Below are positions 9,373-19,345 of a DNA stretch of 64,000 bases, piece by piece. The DNA is from Myxococcota bacterium (GTDB lineage: Bacteria; Myxococcota_A; UBA9160; JAFDDA01). The notes beneath the pieces were generated by a model. That model was given only the letters and a program-made list of their open reading frames with translations. It had not been told where the DNA came from and did no database searches. Within the stretch, counting starts at the first letter, position 1, and each line of letters begins with the position of its first letter. A program made the translations under genes and the position numbers. Location of the stretch: positions 2,624,001-2,688,000 of the forward strand of contig OZ245817.1 in assembly GCA_965228475.1 (NCBI GenBank). Reading direction: 5' to 3'.

Positions 9373-9741
9373 ATGAGCGATTACCCCGAGTCCTTCGATC
9401 ACATGCTCGCGGCGTGGAACGAAAGCGAGCCGGCCAACGTCCGCGGCCACCTCGAGCGGGCCCTGGCTCCGAGCGTGCACTTCGTCGACCCGAGCATCGA
9501 GACGCGCGGCATCGACGCATTCGAGGCCAACGTCCACGAAGTCCAGGGGCGGATCCCCGGCGCCGAGTACCGCCGGACCAGCCGCGTCGACGGACACAAC
9601 GGCCTCTACCGCTACCACTGGGAGATCCGGCGCGACGGAAAGACGCTGCTTCCGGGCTTCGACGTGACGGAGGTCGACGACCAGGGCCGTGTCGTGCGGG
9701 TGCTCGGGTTCTTCGGCCCGCTGGCCGAACACGACGGCTGA
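9373..9741 (+). CDS. SnoaL-like / NTF2 family protein
   Basis: GGAGG RBS; MLAAWNE...VHFVDPS...RYHWEI...GFDVTEVDDQGRVVRVLGFFGPL. Confidence 0.8.
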   Translation: MSDYPESFDHMLAAWNESEPANVRGHLERALAPSVHFVDPSIETRGIDAFEANVHEVQGRIPGAEYRRTSRVDGHNGLYRYHWEIRRDGKTLLPGFDVTEVDDQGRVVRVLGFFGPLAEHDG

Positions 9742-9777
9742 CCCCCGGCCCCTTGCGGGACCGTCCCGTGGCCCATA

Positions 9778-9795
9778 AAATGACCATGATCATTT
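9778..9795. promoter_or_regulatory. Palindromic operator upstream of tetR
   Basis: AAATGA-CCATGA-TCATTT overlapping a TAAAAT -10-like hexamer, directly before ATG 9796. Confidence 0.5.
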
Positions 9796-10416
9796 ATGAG
9801 CCCGATCCCCGCCACGACGGAACCGCCCCTCGGCCTGCGCGAGCGCAAGAAGCGTGACAAACGCGCCCGCATCCTCGCGGCCGCCCGGTCCCTCTTCGAG
9901 GAGCAGGGATTCGAGGAGACCACGGGGCGGCAGGTCTGCCAGCGCGCCGGGGTCGCGACCGGAACCCTGTTCCTCTACGTGAAGGACAAGCGCGAGCTGC
10001 TCCTCCGGGTCTTCGAGGAGGATGCGCGACGCCTCTTCGCGCGCCCCCGGCCCGCGACGGGCCCGGCCGTCGACCGCTGGCTCGCGATCTTCTTCCCGTT
10101 CCTCACCCTCTACGCGCGCAACCCGGGCCTCTCCGCCGCCTACGTGAAGGAGCTCCTCTTCCGCACGGAGCGGCCTCCGGAACTGCGAGAGCTGAATCAG
10201 GCGCTGCGCGACGCCGTCCTCGAAGTCGCCCGGGATGCCCAGGTCGCCGGCGAGCTGCGCCGCGACGTCGGCGCCGAAGAGGTCGCCGCGCTCGTCGCAG
10301 GCCAGTACGCACACCTCGTCCAGATGTGGCTCGGCGTCGGCGCCCTGGGCCCGCGGCAGGTCCGCTCACAGCTGCGCCGCGGGCTGACCCTCCTGATGGA
10401 AGGACTCGGAACATGA
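9796..10416 (+). CDS. TetR/AcrR family transcriptional regulator
   Basis: GLRERKKRDKRARILAAARSLFEEQGFEETT...GVATGTLFLYVKDK. Confidence 0.92.
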   Translation: MSPIPATTEPPLGLRERKKRDKRARILAAARSLFEEQGFEETTGRQVCQRAGVATGTLFLYVKDKRELLLRVFEEDARRLFARPRPATGPAVDRWLAIFFPFLTLYARNPGLSAAYVKELLFRTERPPELRELNQALRDAVLEVARDAQVAGELRRDVGAEEVAALVAGQYAHLVQMWLGVGALGPRQVRSQLRRGLTLLMEGLGT

Positions 10417-11567
10417 CGGATCGGACACGCGGCAACGAACGGATCTTGATCGTCGGCGGCGGCATCATGGGGCTCGGCCTGGCCACGGGGCTGCGGCGCC
10501 TCGGCCTCGCCCCCACGATCGTCGAGCAGGCGCCGCGTTTCGGTGCGGTGGGCGCCGGGATCTCCCTCAGCGTGAACGCCATGGCCGCCCTGCGCTCCCT
10601 CGGCCTCGCCGACGCCGCCCGCCAGGCGGGCCGCGTCATGCCGACGGCCGAGATCTTGACCTCGAGCGGGCGCTGCCTCTCGCGGGTCGATCTCGGGAAG
10701 CTGGCCGCGGAGTTCGGCCCGACCCTCGGGATCCACCGCGCGCAGCTCCACGAGGTGCTCCTCTCGGGCTGCGAGGGCCTCGACCTCCGAGCCGGCACGA
10801 CCGTCGAGAAGCTCGTCGACCACGGAGAGGTCGTCGAGGCGAACTTCTCCGATGGCACCCAGGGCGAGTTCGACCGCGTCATCGGCGCCGACGGGCTGCG
10901 CTCGCGAACCCGGGAGCAGGTCTTCGGCGAGACGGCCCTCCTCTACTCCGGCTACACGTGCTGGCGCCTCGTCGTCGACCGCCCGGAGGGACTCGACGGC
11001 GGCCAGGAGATGTGGGGACGAGGGCAGCGCTTCGGGCTGATGCCTCTGCCCGAGGGCCGGGTCTATTGCTTCGCCACCGACAACGCGCCGGAGGGGACGC
11101 CCGACCCGGCGGACGGCCGCGTCGAGCGCTTCCGGGCCCGGTTCGCGGACTTCGCCGGCCACGCCCCGGCCGTCCTCGAGCAGATCGAACGCCCGGAGCA
11201 GCTCATCCACAACGACCTCTACGAGCTGCCGCCCCACCCCTGGCACGCGGGCCGCGTGCTCCTGCTCGGCGACGCCGCCCACGCCACGACGCCCAACATG
11301 GGCCAGGGTGCCGCCATGGCCCTGGAGGACGCCTCGGTCCTCTGCGAGATGCTGGCCGGTGGCGCGCCCTGGGACGCGGTCCTTCCCGCCTTCGTGGCCC
11401 GGCGCGAACCGCGGGTCCGCTTCGTCGTCGACCAGTCGCGGCGCATCGGCCGGATGGGCCAGACCGCGAATCCGCTCCTCGCCTGGCTCCGGAACACGAT
11501 CGTCGGAGTGACGCCGGACCGCGTCGCAGAACGGACCGCGCGGCGCGCCGCGGCGACGGCGATCTGA
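10413..11567 (+). CDS. FAD-dependent monooxygenase (salicylate hydroxylase/UbiH-like)
   Basis: GGGIMG Rossmann motif, GADGLRS, GDAAHATTPNMGQGAAMALEDA; ATGA overlap with tetR. Confidence 0.92.
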   Translation: MTDRTRGNERILIVGGGIMGLGLATGLRRLGLAPTIVEQAPRFGAVGAGISLSVNAMAALRSLGLADAARQAGRVMPTAEILTSSGRCLSRVDLGKLAAEFGPTLGIHRAQLHEVLLSGCEGLDLRAGTTVEKLVDHGEVVEANFSDGTQGEFDRVIGADGLRSRTREQVFGETALLYSGYTCWRLVVDRPEGLDGGQEMWGRGQRFGLMPLPEGRVYCFATDNAPEGTPDPADGRVERFRARFADFAGHAPAVLEQIERPEQLIHNDLYELPPHPWHAGRVLLLGDAAHATTPNMGQGAAMALEDASVLCEMLAGGAPWDAVLPAFVARREPRVRFVVDQSRRIGRMGQTANPLLAWLRNTIVGVTPDRVAERTARRAAATAI

Positions 11568-11612
11568 ACGGCCCGGCCCTGCTCACGGGCCGGCGGGTGA
11601 TATCCTGCCCCC

Positions 11613-13394
11613 GTGGTACCGCGCGAACCGTCGGAACCCCTGCTCGAAGCTTCCGGACGAATCGTCCGGCCCGCCTATCTCGGCGCCGCCATCGTCTATC
11701 TCGGCCTCGCCGCGAGTCACCCCTGGCTCGGGCAGGCCGACACGCCGCTCCCGCTGACCCTCGCGGTGCCGATCACCGGCCTCGGGCTGCTCGCCGCCTG
11801 GGCGTTCATGGCACGGCGGCCGGCACCCACCGTCCATGCGAACGCCCTGATGCTGCTCCTCGTCTTCATCATGTGCCTCAACTCGACGGCCTTCCTCGAC
11901 TGGGCCCGCGACCCGATGCACAGCACGAACCACATCCTGATGGGCTTCGCAGCCGGCTTCGCGCTCTCGTCCCGCGCCTACCTGGCCGCGGCGCTCTCGA
12001 TGATCTTCGCGTTCTGGCTGAGCGTCGCGGTCGCCGAGGGCCTCGATACGCCCGAGTGGCGCCACTGGAGCGCGATGATCGGTGCGAGCAACGTCCTGGC
12101 CGTGCTCCTGTTCGAAGCGCGCCGACGCGCCCTGCTGCACGAGCACGGGCTCCGCACCCTCTCGGACGAACGCGCCCAGGTCGCGGCCCAGGCCCTCGCC
12201 GAAGCCAACGCCGCCAATCGCGAGCGCCTGGAGATGCAGGAGATGATGCAGGAAGCCCTGCGGCGCGAATCCCTCGGCTCCCTCACTGGCGGGATCGCCC
12301 ACGACTTCAACAACCTGCTGGTCGCGATCGGCGGCAACCTCGAGCTCGCGAAGGGCCAGCTCGACGACCCCAAAGCCCTCCGCGAGTGCATCGAGGAAGC
12401 GGAGCTCGCGACCCAGCAGGCCGCGCGCCTGACGCAGCAGATGCTGCTCTACGCCGGGCGTTCGAAGCCGAAGAGCGAAGTGTTCTCGCTCGGCGAGCGG
12501 ATCCGTGACATCTCGCGGATGCTGCGCTCGTCGATCCCGCCCTCCATCTCGTTTCGGCTGGAGGGGACGGGCGCAGGGCCCACGGTCAGCGCGGACGGGA
12601 CCCAGTTCGATCAGGTCGTCCTGAACCTCGTCCAGAATGCGGTCGACGCCTGCACCGAATCGGGGGGCTCGATCGAGATCCGCTGGTGCGAGATGAACCT
12701 CTCGGCCGAGGCGCTCGCCTCGATGCGCCGCGCTTCCTCCGCGGCCCCGGGCCGCTTCGCGTGCATCGAGGTCCGCGATACCGGCGTCGGCATGGATCGC
12801 TCGGTCGAGACCAGCATGTTCGACCCCTTCTTCACGACCCGCGGCCGCGGCAGCGGACTCGGCCTCGCGACCGTCGACGGCATCGTGACGGCCCACGGCG
12901 GTGCCATCTCCGTGACAACGGCCCCGGGCGAAGGATGCACGGTGCGCGTCCTGCTTCCGCTCACGCCGGGCGTGGCCGACGATCCCCGGGAGGAGACGCC
13001 GCGCGCCCGCGCCTCGGGCGCCGTCCTCGTCGTCGACGATCGCCCCGAGGTGCGCCGCGTCGCCCGCCGCCATCTCGAAGCGGAGGGTTTCTCGGTCCGC
13101 GAGGCCGACGGCGGCCGGGAAGCGCTCGCGATCATCGGCAAGCACGACGACTGGGCCGCCGCCCTCGTCGACCTCACCATGCCCGAACGAAACGGCCACG
13201 AGGTCGCGAGCGATCTGCGGGTGCTCCTTCCCGAACTCCCGGTCGTGATCGTGAGCGGCTTCGACCGGGACGACGTCCTCGCCGAGCACGCAAGCGAGTA
13301 CCCCTTCCTCGCGAAACCCTTCACGCGCAAGAGCCTCCTCGAGGCGCTCTCACAAGCGATCGCACGGGGCGGCCCGGGCCCGAGGACCGGCTGA
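11613..13394 (+). CDS. Membrane-bound hybrid histidine kinase/response regulator
   Basis: Several N-terminal TM helices, GGIAHDFNN, NLVQNAVDA, DTGVGM, GSGLGL, REC with DLTMP and KPF. Confidence 0.9.
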   Translation: MVPREPSEPLLEASGRIVRPAYLGAAIVYLGLAASHPWLGQADTPLPLTLAVPITGLGLLAAWAFMARRPAPTVHANALMLLLVFIMCLNSTAFLDWARDPMHSTNHILMGFAAGFALSSRAYLAAALSMIFAFWLSVAVAEGLDTPEWRHWSAMIGASNVLAVLLFEARRRALLHEHGLRTLSDERAQVAAQALAEANAANRERLEMQEMMQEALRRESLGSLTGGIAHDFNNLLVAIGGNLELAKGQLDDPKALRECIEEAELATQQAARLTQQMLLYAGRSKPKSEVFSLGERIRDISRMLRSSIPPSISFRLEGTGAGPTVSADGTQFDQVVLNLVQNAVDACTESGGSIEIRWCEMNLSAEALASMRRASSAAPGRFACIEVRDTGVGMDRSVETSMFDPFFTTRGRGSGLGLATVDGIVTAHGGAISVTTAPGEGCTVRVLLPLTPGVADDPREETPRARASGAVLVVDDRPEVRRVARRHLEAEGFSVREADGGREALAIIGKHDDWAAALVDLTMPERNGHEVASDLRVLLPELPVVIVSGFDRDDVLAEHASEYPFLAKPFTRKSLLEALSQAIARGGPGPRTG

Positions 13395-13413
13395 GCCCGG
13401 GAAGGGCGCGGTC

Positions 13414-14199
13414 TCAGGGGTTCGCTTCGAGGAAGTCGAGAATCAGCTCGTTGAAACGCGCGGGCTTCTCGAAGTAGGTCGAGTGCCCTGCGCCGTCGAA
13501 GGCGACGAAGCGTGCACCCGGGATCGCGTCGGCGACGGTCACGAGCGCTTCGCGAGGGAAGATCACGTCCTCGTCGCCGGACAGGACCCGGGTCGGCGTG
13601 TCGAAGGCCGCGAGGTCCTGCTCGTTCAACCGGACGCCGGCGAGGCGAGCCACCGCGGCGGGCTCGAGGCCGGGGTTGAAGCCGGCGATCTGGTCGTAGA
13701 GAAACGCCCCGGTCGGATCGCGCTCCTTGAAGCTCACTCCGAGCGCCGGGCCACCCGGACCGACGATCCCGCCGTCGGCGGCGATGCGCGCGCCGAGCCC
13801 CGCAAAGGCCTGTGCGACGGCTTCGTTCCACACGCCGCCCGGGGTTCCGCAGAGCGCCAGGGCGGAGACGCGGTCGGGGTTCGCCAGGGTGAAGGGCAGC
13901 CCCGTCCAGCCGCCCATCGATTGGCACACGAGGGCCGCGCGCTCGATCCCGCACGCGTCGAGGATCGCCGCGAGGTCGTTCGGGAACTCCGCCGGATCGA
14001 AGTCGTCGCTCGCGCAGATCGAGCGGCCGAAAGCGCGGTGATCGAACGTCACGACCCGGTAACCGCGCTCCCGGAAGAACGGGACCTGCTGCCACCAGAT
14101 CGCCGCGTTGCCGCCCGCGCCGTGGGCGAAGACGAGCGGCCGCCCTTCCCCGTGGACCTCGTAGTGGATCTCCGCCGCCTTCGTCGCGACCCTGGGCAT
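13414..14199 (-). CDS. Alpha/beta fold hydrolase
   Basis: IHYEVHGEGRPLVFAHGAGG, DHRAFGRS, nucleophile CQSMGG, GDEDVIFP, GAGHS. Confidence 0.9.
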   Translation of the reverse strand: MPRVATKAAEIHYEVHGEGRPLVFAHGAGGNAAIWWQQVPFFRERGYRVVTFDHRAFGRSICASDDFDPAEFPNDLAAILDACGIERAALVCQSMGGWTGLPFTLANPDRVSALALCGTPGGVWNEAVAQAFAGLGARIAADGGIVGPGGPALGVSFKERDPTGAFLYDQIAGFNPGLEPAAVARLAGVRLNEQDLAAFDTPTRVLSGDEDVIFPREALVTVADAIPGARFVAFDGAGHSTYFEKPARFNELILDFLEANP

Positions 14200-14201
14200 G
14201 C

Positions 14202-15320
14202 CTAGCCCCCCGCGATGCCGTCGAGCCGCTCCATCGTGTCCGCGTACTCCTGCGCGAACTCCTCCATCACGGTGCGAACCGACTTCACGTGGTTCATCGA
14301 GCCCACGATCTGTCCGACGAAATAGTTCGAGAGCTGGCGCGCACCCTCGTGGTTGTGGGCGGTTCGCTGGATGCGGGCCTGGGCCTCGCGGACCAGGCGC
14401 GGCTGCAGCGGCATGGGCAACGGATCCGGGTTGGCCGGATCTTCCCAGGCCTCGGTCCACGCGCTCCGCAGCTGACGGGCCGGCTTCCCGGTGAGCGAGC
14501 GGCTCCGGACGGTGTCCGAAGAGCCCGCCGCGAGGAACTTCTCCTTCACCACGGGGTGGGTCTCGGCCTCCTCCGTCGTGAGCCAGACCGATCCACACCA
14601 GATGCCCTCGGCGCCGAGCGCGAGGGACGCCGTCAGCTGCCTTCCGTTTCCGATCCCGCCCGCGGCGAGCACCGGGACCGGCGCCACGGCGTCGACCACC
14701 TCGGGAACGAGCACCATGGTCGAGACGGTTCCCGTGTGCCCGCCCGCCTCGTAGCCCTGGGCGACGACGATGTCGACGCCCGCTTCGACGTGCCGCTTGG
14801 CGTGTTCGACGGTGCCGGCGAGCGCCGCGACCTTGACCCCGTTGGCCCGCCCCATCTCGATCATCCACGGCGGCGGCGGGCCCAGCGCCGAGGCGATCAG
14901 CGCGATCGGGTACTCGAAGACGAGCTCGATCACCTCGCGCTGCTGCTCGTAGCCGACGGCGATCTCCCGGCCGAGCTTCACGTCCCCCGGAAGCGCGGGG
15001 ACGCCGTGCTCGTCGAGCAGGCGCTCGAGGAACGCGACGTGTTCGCTCGGGATCCGCGCATCCATCTCCTCGGAGTCGAGACCCCCGCGGTCGCTGCCCG
15101 CGAAGCGGGTCGGCAGCAGCAGGTCGACGCCGAAGGGTTTGTCCCCGACCTCGTTGCGGATCCAGTCGAGCTCGACCCGCAGGCCGGCGGGCGAGTGCCC
15201 CGCGACGCCGAGCACGCCGAGGCCTCCGGCCTTCGAAACCGCCGCCGCGACGTCGCGGCAATGGGTGAAGGCGAAGACGGGGAACTCGAGCCCGAGATCC
15301 TTGGCGAGCGAGGTGAACAT
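14202..15320 (-). CDS. Nitronate monooxygenase / 2-nitropropane dioxygenase-like flavoprotein
   Basis: AAAVSKAGGLGVLG, QGYEAGGHTG, LAAGGIGNGRQ; AAGGAG RBS. Confidence 0.9.
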   Translation of the reverse strand: MFTSLAKDLGLEFPVFAFTHCRDVAAAVSKAGGLGVLGVAGHSPAGLRVELDWIRNEVGDKPFGVDLLLPTRFAGSDRGGLDSEEMDARIPSEHVAFLERLLDEHGVPALPGDVKLGREIAVGYEQQREVIELVFEYPIALIASALGPPPPWMIEMGRANGVKVAALAGTVEHAKRHVEAGVDIVVAQGYEAGGHTGTVSTMVLVPEVVDAVAPVPVLAAGGIGNGRQLTASLALGAEGIWCGSVWLTTEEAETHPVVKEKFLAAGSSDTVRSRSLTGKPARQLRSAWTEAWEDPANPDPLPMPLQPRLVREAQARIQRTAHNHEGARQLSNYFVGQIVGSMNHVKSVRTVMEEFAQEYADTMERLDGIAGG

Positions 15321-15337
15321 GGAGACCTCCTTCGGCG

Positions 15338-16426
15338 CTAGGCGGCCGGCACGAGCCCCTGGAGCCCGGCCGCGCGCTCGCGCAGGAACTCGGGCCCGCC
15401 GAGCAGGTGCCGGGCGTTCGCGATGCGCTTGAACCAGAAGTGCAGGTTCTGCTCGTCGGTCCAGCCGATTCCCCCGTGGACCTGGGTGGCCACGCTGGCG
15501 ATGTCGCGGCCGATCTCCGAGACGTGCGAGAGGACGTGGCACGCCATCTGCGGCGCCTCGTCCGGCATGGCGTCGAAGCTGTGCGCGGCGTACCAGAGGA
15601 GCGAACGCGCCGGCTCCACCTCCGCGATCATCTCCGCGCAGAGGTGCTTCACCGCCTGGAACGAGCCGATCAGGCGATCGAACTGCTTGCGCTCCTTGGC
15701 GTAGGCCACGGCCTGCTCGACCATCGTCTCACAGCACCCGAGCGCATCGGCGGCCAGGGCGATCCGTCCCGCGTCGAGCATGCGGGCGATCGCGGCACCT
15801 GCGTCCTCGAAAACGGTTTCGGGCGCGACGCCCGTCAGGACGACTTCCGAGGTGCAGCGCGTCGCATCGACCGTCGCGAGCCGCGTGGTCTCGACGCCCG
15901 GGGCGCCGCCCCGGACGACGGCGAGCTGCCGCCCGTCGACCGGAACCAGGACGAGATCGGCGCCGAGGGCATCGAGGGCCATGAGCGCCTTGCCGTGGAG
16001 CGCTCCGCCTTCGAGCCGGACTCCGGCTCCTTCGCGAACCGAGAAGCACTCGGTCGCCGCGACTCCCACGACGATCCCGCCGTCGGCGATCTCGCCCAGC
16101 CAGGCTTCCGCCTGGGAACCGCCCGCCGAGGCGAGGGCCGTCGCCGCCATCACCGCCGTCGAGAGGAACGGGGCCGGCGTCGCGGCGTGGCCGAGAGCCT
16201 GGGAGACGAGCGCCGCATCGAGCAGGCCGAGGCCGCTCCCCCCCTGCGCCTCCGGAACCATCACGCCCGTGATTCCGAGTTCGGCGAGCGCCGTCCAGAT
16301 CTTCCGATCGTTCGGGCACGGCGCGTCGCGCAGCTCGCGCACCCGCTCGATCGGCACCCGTTCGGCCAGGAACGAGCGGACCGTTTCGTCGAGGAGCCGC
16401 TGGTCGTCCGAGAGTCCGAAATCCAT
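15338..16426 (-). CDS. Acyl-CoA dehydrogenase (FadE27-like subunit)
   Basis: MDFGLSDDQRLL, YAKERKQFDRLIGSFQAVKH, QVHGGIGWT. Confidence 0.9.
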   Translation of the reverse strand: MDFGLSDDQRLLDETVRSFLAERVPIERVRELRDAPCPNDRKIWTALAELGITGVMVPEAQGGSGLGLLDAALVSQALGHAATPAPFLSTAVMAATALASAGGSQAEAWLGEIADGGIVVGVAATECFSVREGAGVRLEGGALHGKALMALDALGADLVLVPVDGRQLAVVRGGAPGVETTRLATVDATRCTSEVVLTGVAPETVFEDAGAAIARMLDAGRIALAADALGCCETMVEQAVAYAKERKQFDRLIGSFQAVKHLCAEMIAEVEPARSLLWYAAHSFDAMPDEAPQMACHVLSHVSEIGRDIASVATQVHGGIGWTDEQNLHFWFKRIANARHLLGGPEFLRERAAGLQGLVPAA

Positions 16427-16434
16427 CCCGCCCC

Positions 16435-17613
16435 CTAGGCCCGCGCCGGCTTCGGCTCTCGGGGCAGCCCGAGTCCGCGCTCTGCGATGATGTTCTTCTG
16501 GATCTGCGCGGTGCCGCCGCCGATGATCAGCCCGAGCGAGAAGAACGAGTGCGCCTGCCAGAACCCGCGCTCGCGCTCGTACTTCGTGTGGTCGTAGAGC
16601 GCGCCGAGCTCGCCCATGACGTCGAGCGCCAGGGCCGCCATGTCGAAGTTCAGCTGGCAGTTCTGGAGCTTCACGATCAGGCCCGCGACGCCGGGCGACT
16701 CCTGCTTGAGCGTGCACGTGAGCATCCGCATGCCGTGGTGCTTCATCGAGAGCGCACGCGCCTGGAGCCGCATCAGCCGGTCCCGGTAGACCGGGCTCGC
16801 CAGGAGCGACACGCCATTCACCGTCTCGCGCTCCATCAGGCGCGCCAGGCGCATCCAGGTGCCCTCGGCGTTGGCGTTGAGCGAGCTGCGCTCGTGCGCA
16901 AGGGTGGTGTTGGCGATCTTCCAGCCCTCCCCGCGCCGGCCGACGACGTTGGCCTTCGGGACGCGCACGTCGCTGAAGAAGACCTGGTTGAAGGAGTTCT
17001 CGCCGATGTCGCCGGACATCGTGCGCAGCGGCTGGACCTCGATGCCCGGCGTGTCCATGGGCAGCAGGATGTAGCTGATGCCCTCGTGCTTGCGGGCGTC
17101 GGGCTCCGTGCGGACGAGGATGAAGCACATCTGCGAGATGTCCGCGGAGCTCGTCCAGATCTTCTGGCCATTGATCAGGAAGTCGTCGCCGTGTTCGGTG
17201 GCCGAGGTCTGGAGGCTCGCCAGATCGCTCCCGGAGCCGGGCTCCGAGTAGCCCTGGCACCACATGATCTCGCCACGCATCGTCGGCGCGATCCATTGCT
17301 TTCGCTGCTCTTCGGTCCCGTGGGCAAGCAGCGTCGGCACGAGCATCGAGGGGCCCTGCGCCATCATCCCGCGCGGGATCCCGGCCTTGTTGAACTCCTC
17401 GTCCATGATCACGGTCTCGAGCAGATCGGGCTCGGCACCGTAGCCGCCGTACGCCTTCGGGATCGTCCGGGCCCAGTAGCCGTGCTCGATCAGTTTCGTG
17501 AGCCAGGCGGTGCGGTTCTCCCGGCCCCCCTCCTCCGCGGGTCGATGGTTCGCGAGGAAGTCCCGAACCTCCTCCCGAAAGGCGTCGTAGCGGGCGTCGA
17601 TCTCGAGATCCAT
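16435..17613 (-). CDS. Acyl-CoA dehydrogenase (FadE26/FadE17-like subunit)
   Basis: WCQGYSEPGSGSDLASL, INGQKIWTS, FNQVFFSDVRVP, IGGGTAQIQKNIIAERGLGLP. Confidence 0.92.
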   Translation of the reverse strand: MDLEIDARYDAFREEVRDFLANHRPAEEGGRENRTAWLTKLIEHGYWARTIPKAYGGYGAEPDLLETVIMDEEFNKAGIPRGMMAQGPSMLVPTLLAHGTEEQRKQWIAPTMRGEIMWCQGYSEPGSGSDLASLQTSATEHGDDFLINGQKIWTSSADISQMCFILVRTEPDARKHEGISYILLPMDTPGIEVQPLRTMSGDIGENSFNQVFFSDVRVPKANVVGRRGEGWKIANTTLAHERSSLNANAEGTWMRLARLMERETVNGVSLLASPVYRDRLMRLQARALSMKHHGMRMLTCTLKQESPGVAGLIVKLQNCQLNFDMAALALDVMGELGALYDHTKYERERGFWQAHSFFSLGLIIGGGTAQIQKNIIAERGLGLPREPKPARA

Positions 17614-17648
17614 GAGGCGTCGTCTCCCTGGCCGTTCCTTCGGCCGGA

Positions 17649-18449
17649 CTAGCGCGCGGGCCGTCGCGTGCCGGGCGCCGGCGGATCGACCGCCCCGCCG
17701 GCGAAGCACTGGGCGATCGACATCCACTCCGTCGCCACCGGGCCGACGACGTCGAGGTCGGTATCCGCCACGTTGCAGTTCTGCGTGACCACGTGACAGA
17801 ACTCGGCGGCGCTCCCGCGCACGCACTCCGTCTCGCTCGGCTCGTTCCACTCCCAGATCGCCCCGGACGGAGCGGCGAGCCGCACGTACGGCGGCGGGCC
17901 GGGCGCCTCGCGTTGGCGGTTCGCGAAGGTCCACCCGAAGGTCTTCACGCCGATGGTCGCAATGTGCTTGAGGCGATCGCTGTAAGTGCGCGTTTCGCCG
18001 ACCAGATCGAAGATCTCCTGGCCGTGCGCCCAGGTCTCCATGAGACGCGCGGTGGTGAACATCGCCACGCCCATGTCGGGCCCGAACCAGGGGAGCCGCG
18101 CCTTCGGGTCCGCGGCCCCGAGCGTTTCCGCGAGCGCGTGGGCCGTGCCCTGCCAGGCCTCGAGCAGGGCCGGCGCGTCGAGTCCGCCGAAGGTCTCCCG
18201 GGCCAGCTGTTTGTGGGTCTTGCCTTCGACCATGGCCGCCACGAGCGCCTTGCGCTCGGGTGCGAAGGCCTCCTCTCCTTCGAGCGAGACCATCGAGACG
18301 CGATCGAAGAAGTGGAGATGCGCGACGACGTCCCAGGGCGTCCACGCCATGAACTCGGTCTCGCGCTCCCAGTGTTCGCTTCCGACCGTCTTCAAAAAAG
18401 CGTGGAGTTCATCCACCTCTTCGCGAAAGTCGCGACAGACCTCGAGCAT
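17649..18449 (-). CDS. TIGR03084-like metal-binding protein (MDMPI/DinB superfamily)
   Basis: WTPWDVVAHLHFFD, PWFGPDM, TARLMETWAHGQEI, WMSIAQCFAG. Confidence 0.85.
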   Translation of the reverse strand: MLEVCRDFREEVDELHAFLKTVGSEHWERETEFMAWTPWDVVAHLHFFDRVSMVSLEGEEAFAPERKALVAAMVEGKTHKQLARETFGGLDAPALLEAWQGTAHALAETLGAADPKARLPWFGPDMGVAMFTTARLMETWAHGQEIFDLVGETRTYSDRLKHIATIGVKTFGWTFANRQREAPGPPPYVRLAAPSGAIWEWNEPSETECVRGSAAEFCHVVTQNCNVADTDLDVVGPVATEWMSIAQCFAGGAVDPPAPGTRRPAR

Positions 18450-19228
18450 CAGGCCTCCTCGCTCTCGTCCGCCGCCCAGGGCGGCTTCTCTCGTTTCAAG
18501 AACGCGCGCATCCCCGCCGCGGCCTCATCGCCCCGGAAGAGGCTCTGGGAAAGCTCCGCGGTCCAGGCGAAGGCCTCCTCCTGCTCCATCCCGGGGACCT
18601 CGTGCACGAGCCGCTTGGCGAAGCCCAGGGCCTTCGGCCCGCCGAGACGGAGATCGGCGAGGACCGCCTCGACCTCGTCGTCGAGCGCATCTGCCGGAAC
18701 GGCCCGGCTGATCAGACCGAGCTCCGCCGCACGCGCGGCCGGGAACCGGTTCCCGCGCAGGAAGGCTTCCATCGCTTCCCCCTGCCGCATCTTCGGAAGA
18801 CACACGACGGAGATGATCGCCGGGGCCACGCCCAGGCGAACCTCGGTGAAGCCGAACTTCACGTCGTCCTGGGCGATCGCGATGTCGAGCGCTGCGACGA
18901 GGCCGTTGCCGCCTCCGACCACGTGTCCCCGGATCTTGCCGACGAAGGGCACCGGGCACTTCTGGATCCTCACGAGGAGCTCCGGGAGCCCGCTCTTCGG
19001 CCGAGCGCCCTCGGCCGCGCCGGACTGCTCCTTCAGGTTCGCGCCGGCACAGAAGGTGTTGCCCTCGTTCGTGACGAGAACCGCGCGAACGCCGTCGTCC
19101 GCCTCTGCCTGGTCGAGGGCGTCCACGAGGCCGTTGATGACCGTCGCACCGAGCGCGTTGCGGTTCTCGACGTCGGCCAGGGTGACGGTGAGCACCCCTT
19201 CGACCCGTTCGCTTCGGACCTCTCCCAT
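18449..19228 (-). CDS. Enoyl-CoA hydratase, isohexenylglutaconyl/methylglutaconyl-CoA hydratase type (AtuE/LiuC-like)
   Basis: FCAGANLKE, GGGNGLVAALD, FGFTEVRLGVAPAIIS, AFLKREKPPW. Confidence 0.85.
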   Translation of the reverse strand: MGEVRSERVEGVLTVTLADVENRNALGATVINGLVDALDQAEADDGVRAVLVTNEGNTFCAGANLKEQSGAAEGARPKSGLPELLVRIQKCPVPFVGKIRGHVVGGGNGLVAALDIAIAQDDVKFGFTEVRLGVAPAIISVVCLPKMRQGEAMEAFLRGNRFPAARAAELGLISRAVPADALDDEVEAVLADLRLGGPKALGFAKRLVHEVPGMEQEEAFAWTAELSQSLFRGDEAAAGMRAFLKREKPPWAADESEEA

Positions 19229-19345
19229 GCGATCCCCCGTGCTCGCTCCCTGCAAAGTTCCTGGCGGCGAGGGGCCAGGATAATATGAGTTGCCCAAAAT
19301 TACCTCCCCTGTTATTGGTGTCCGCGAACGAACCCTGGGAGCCCC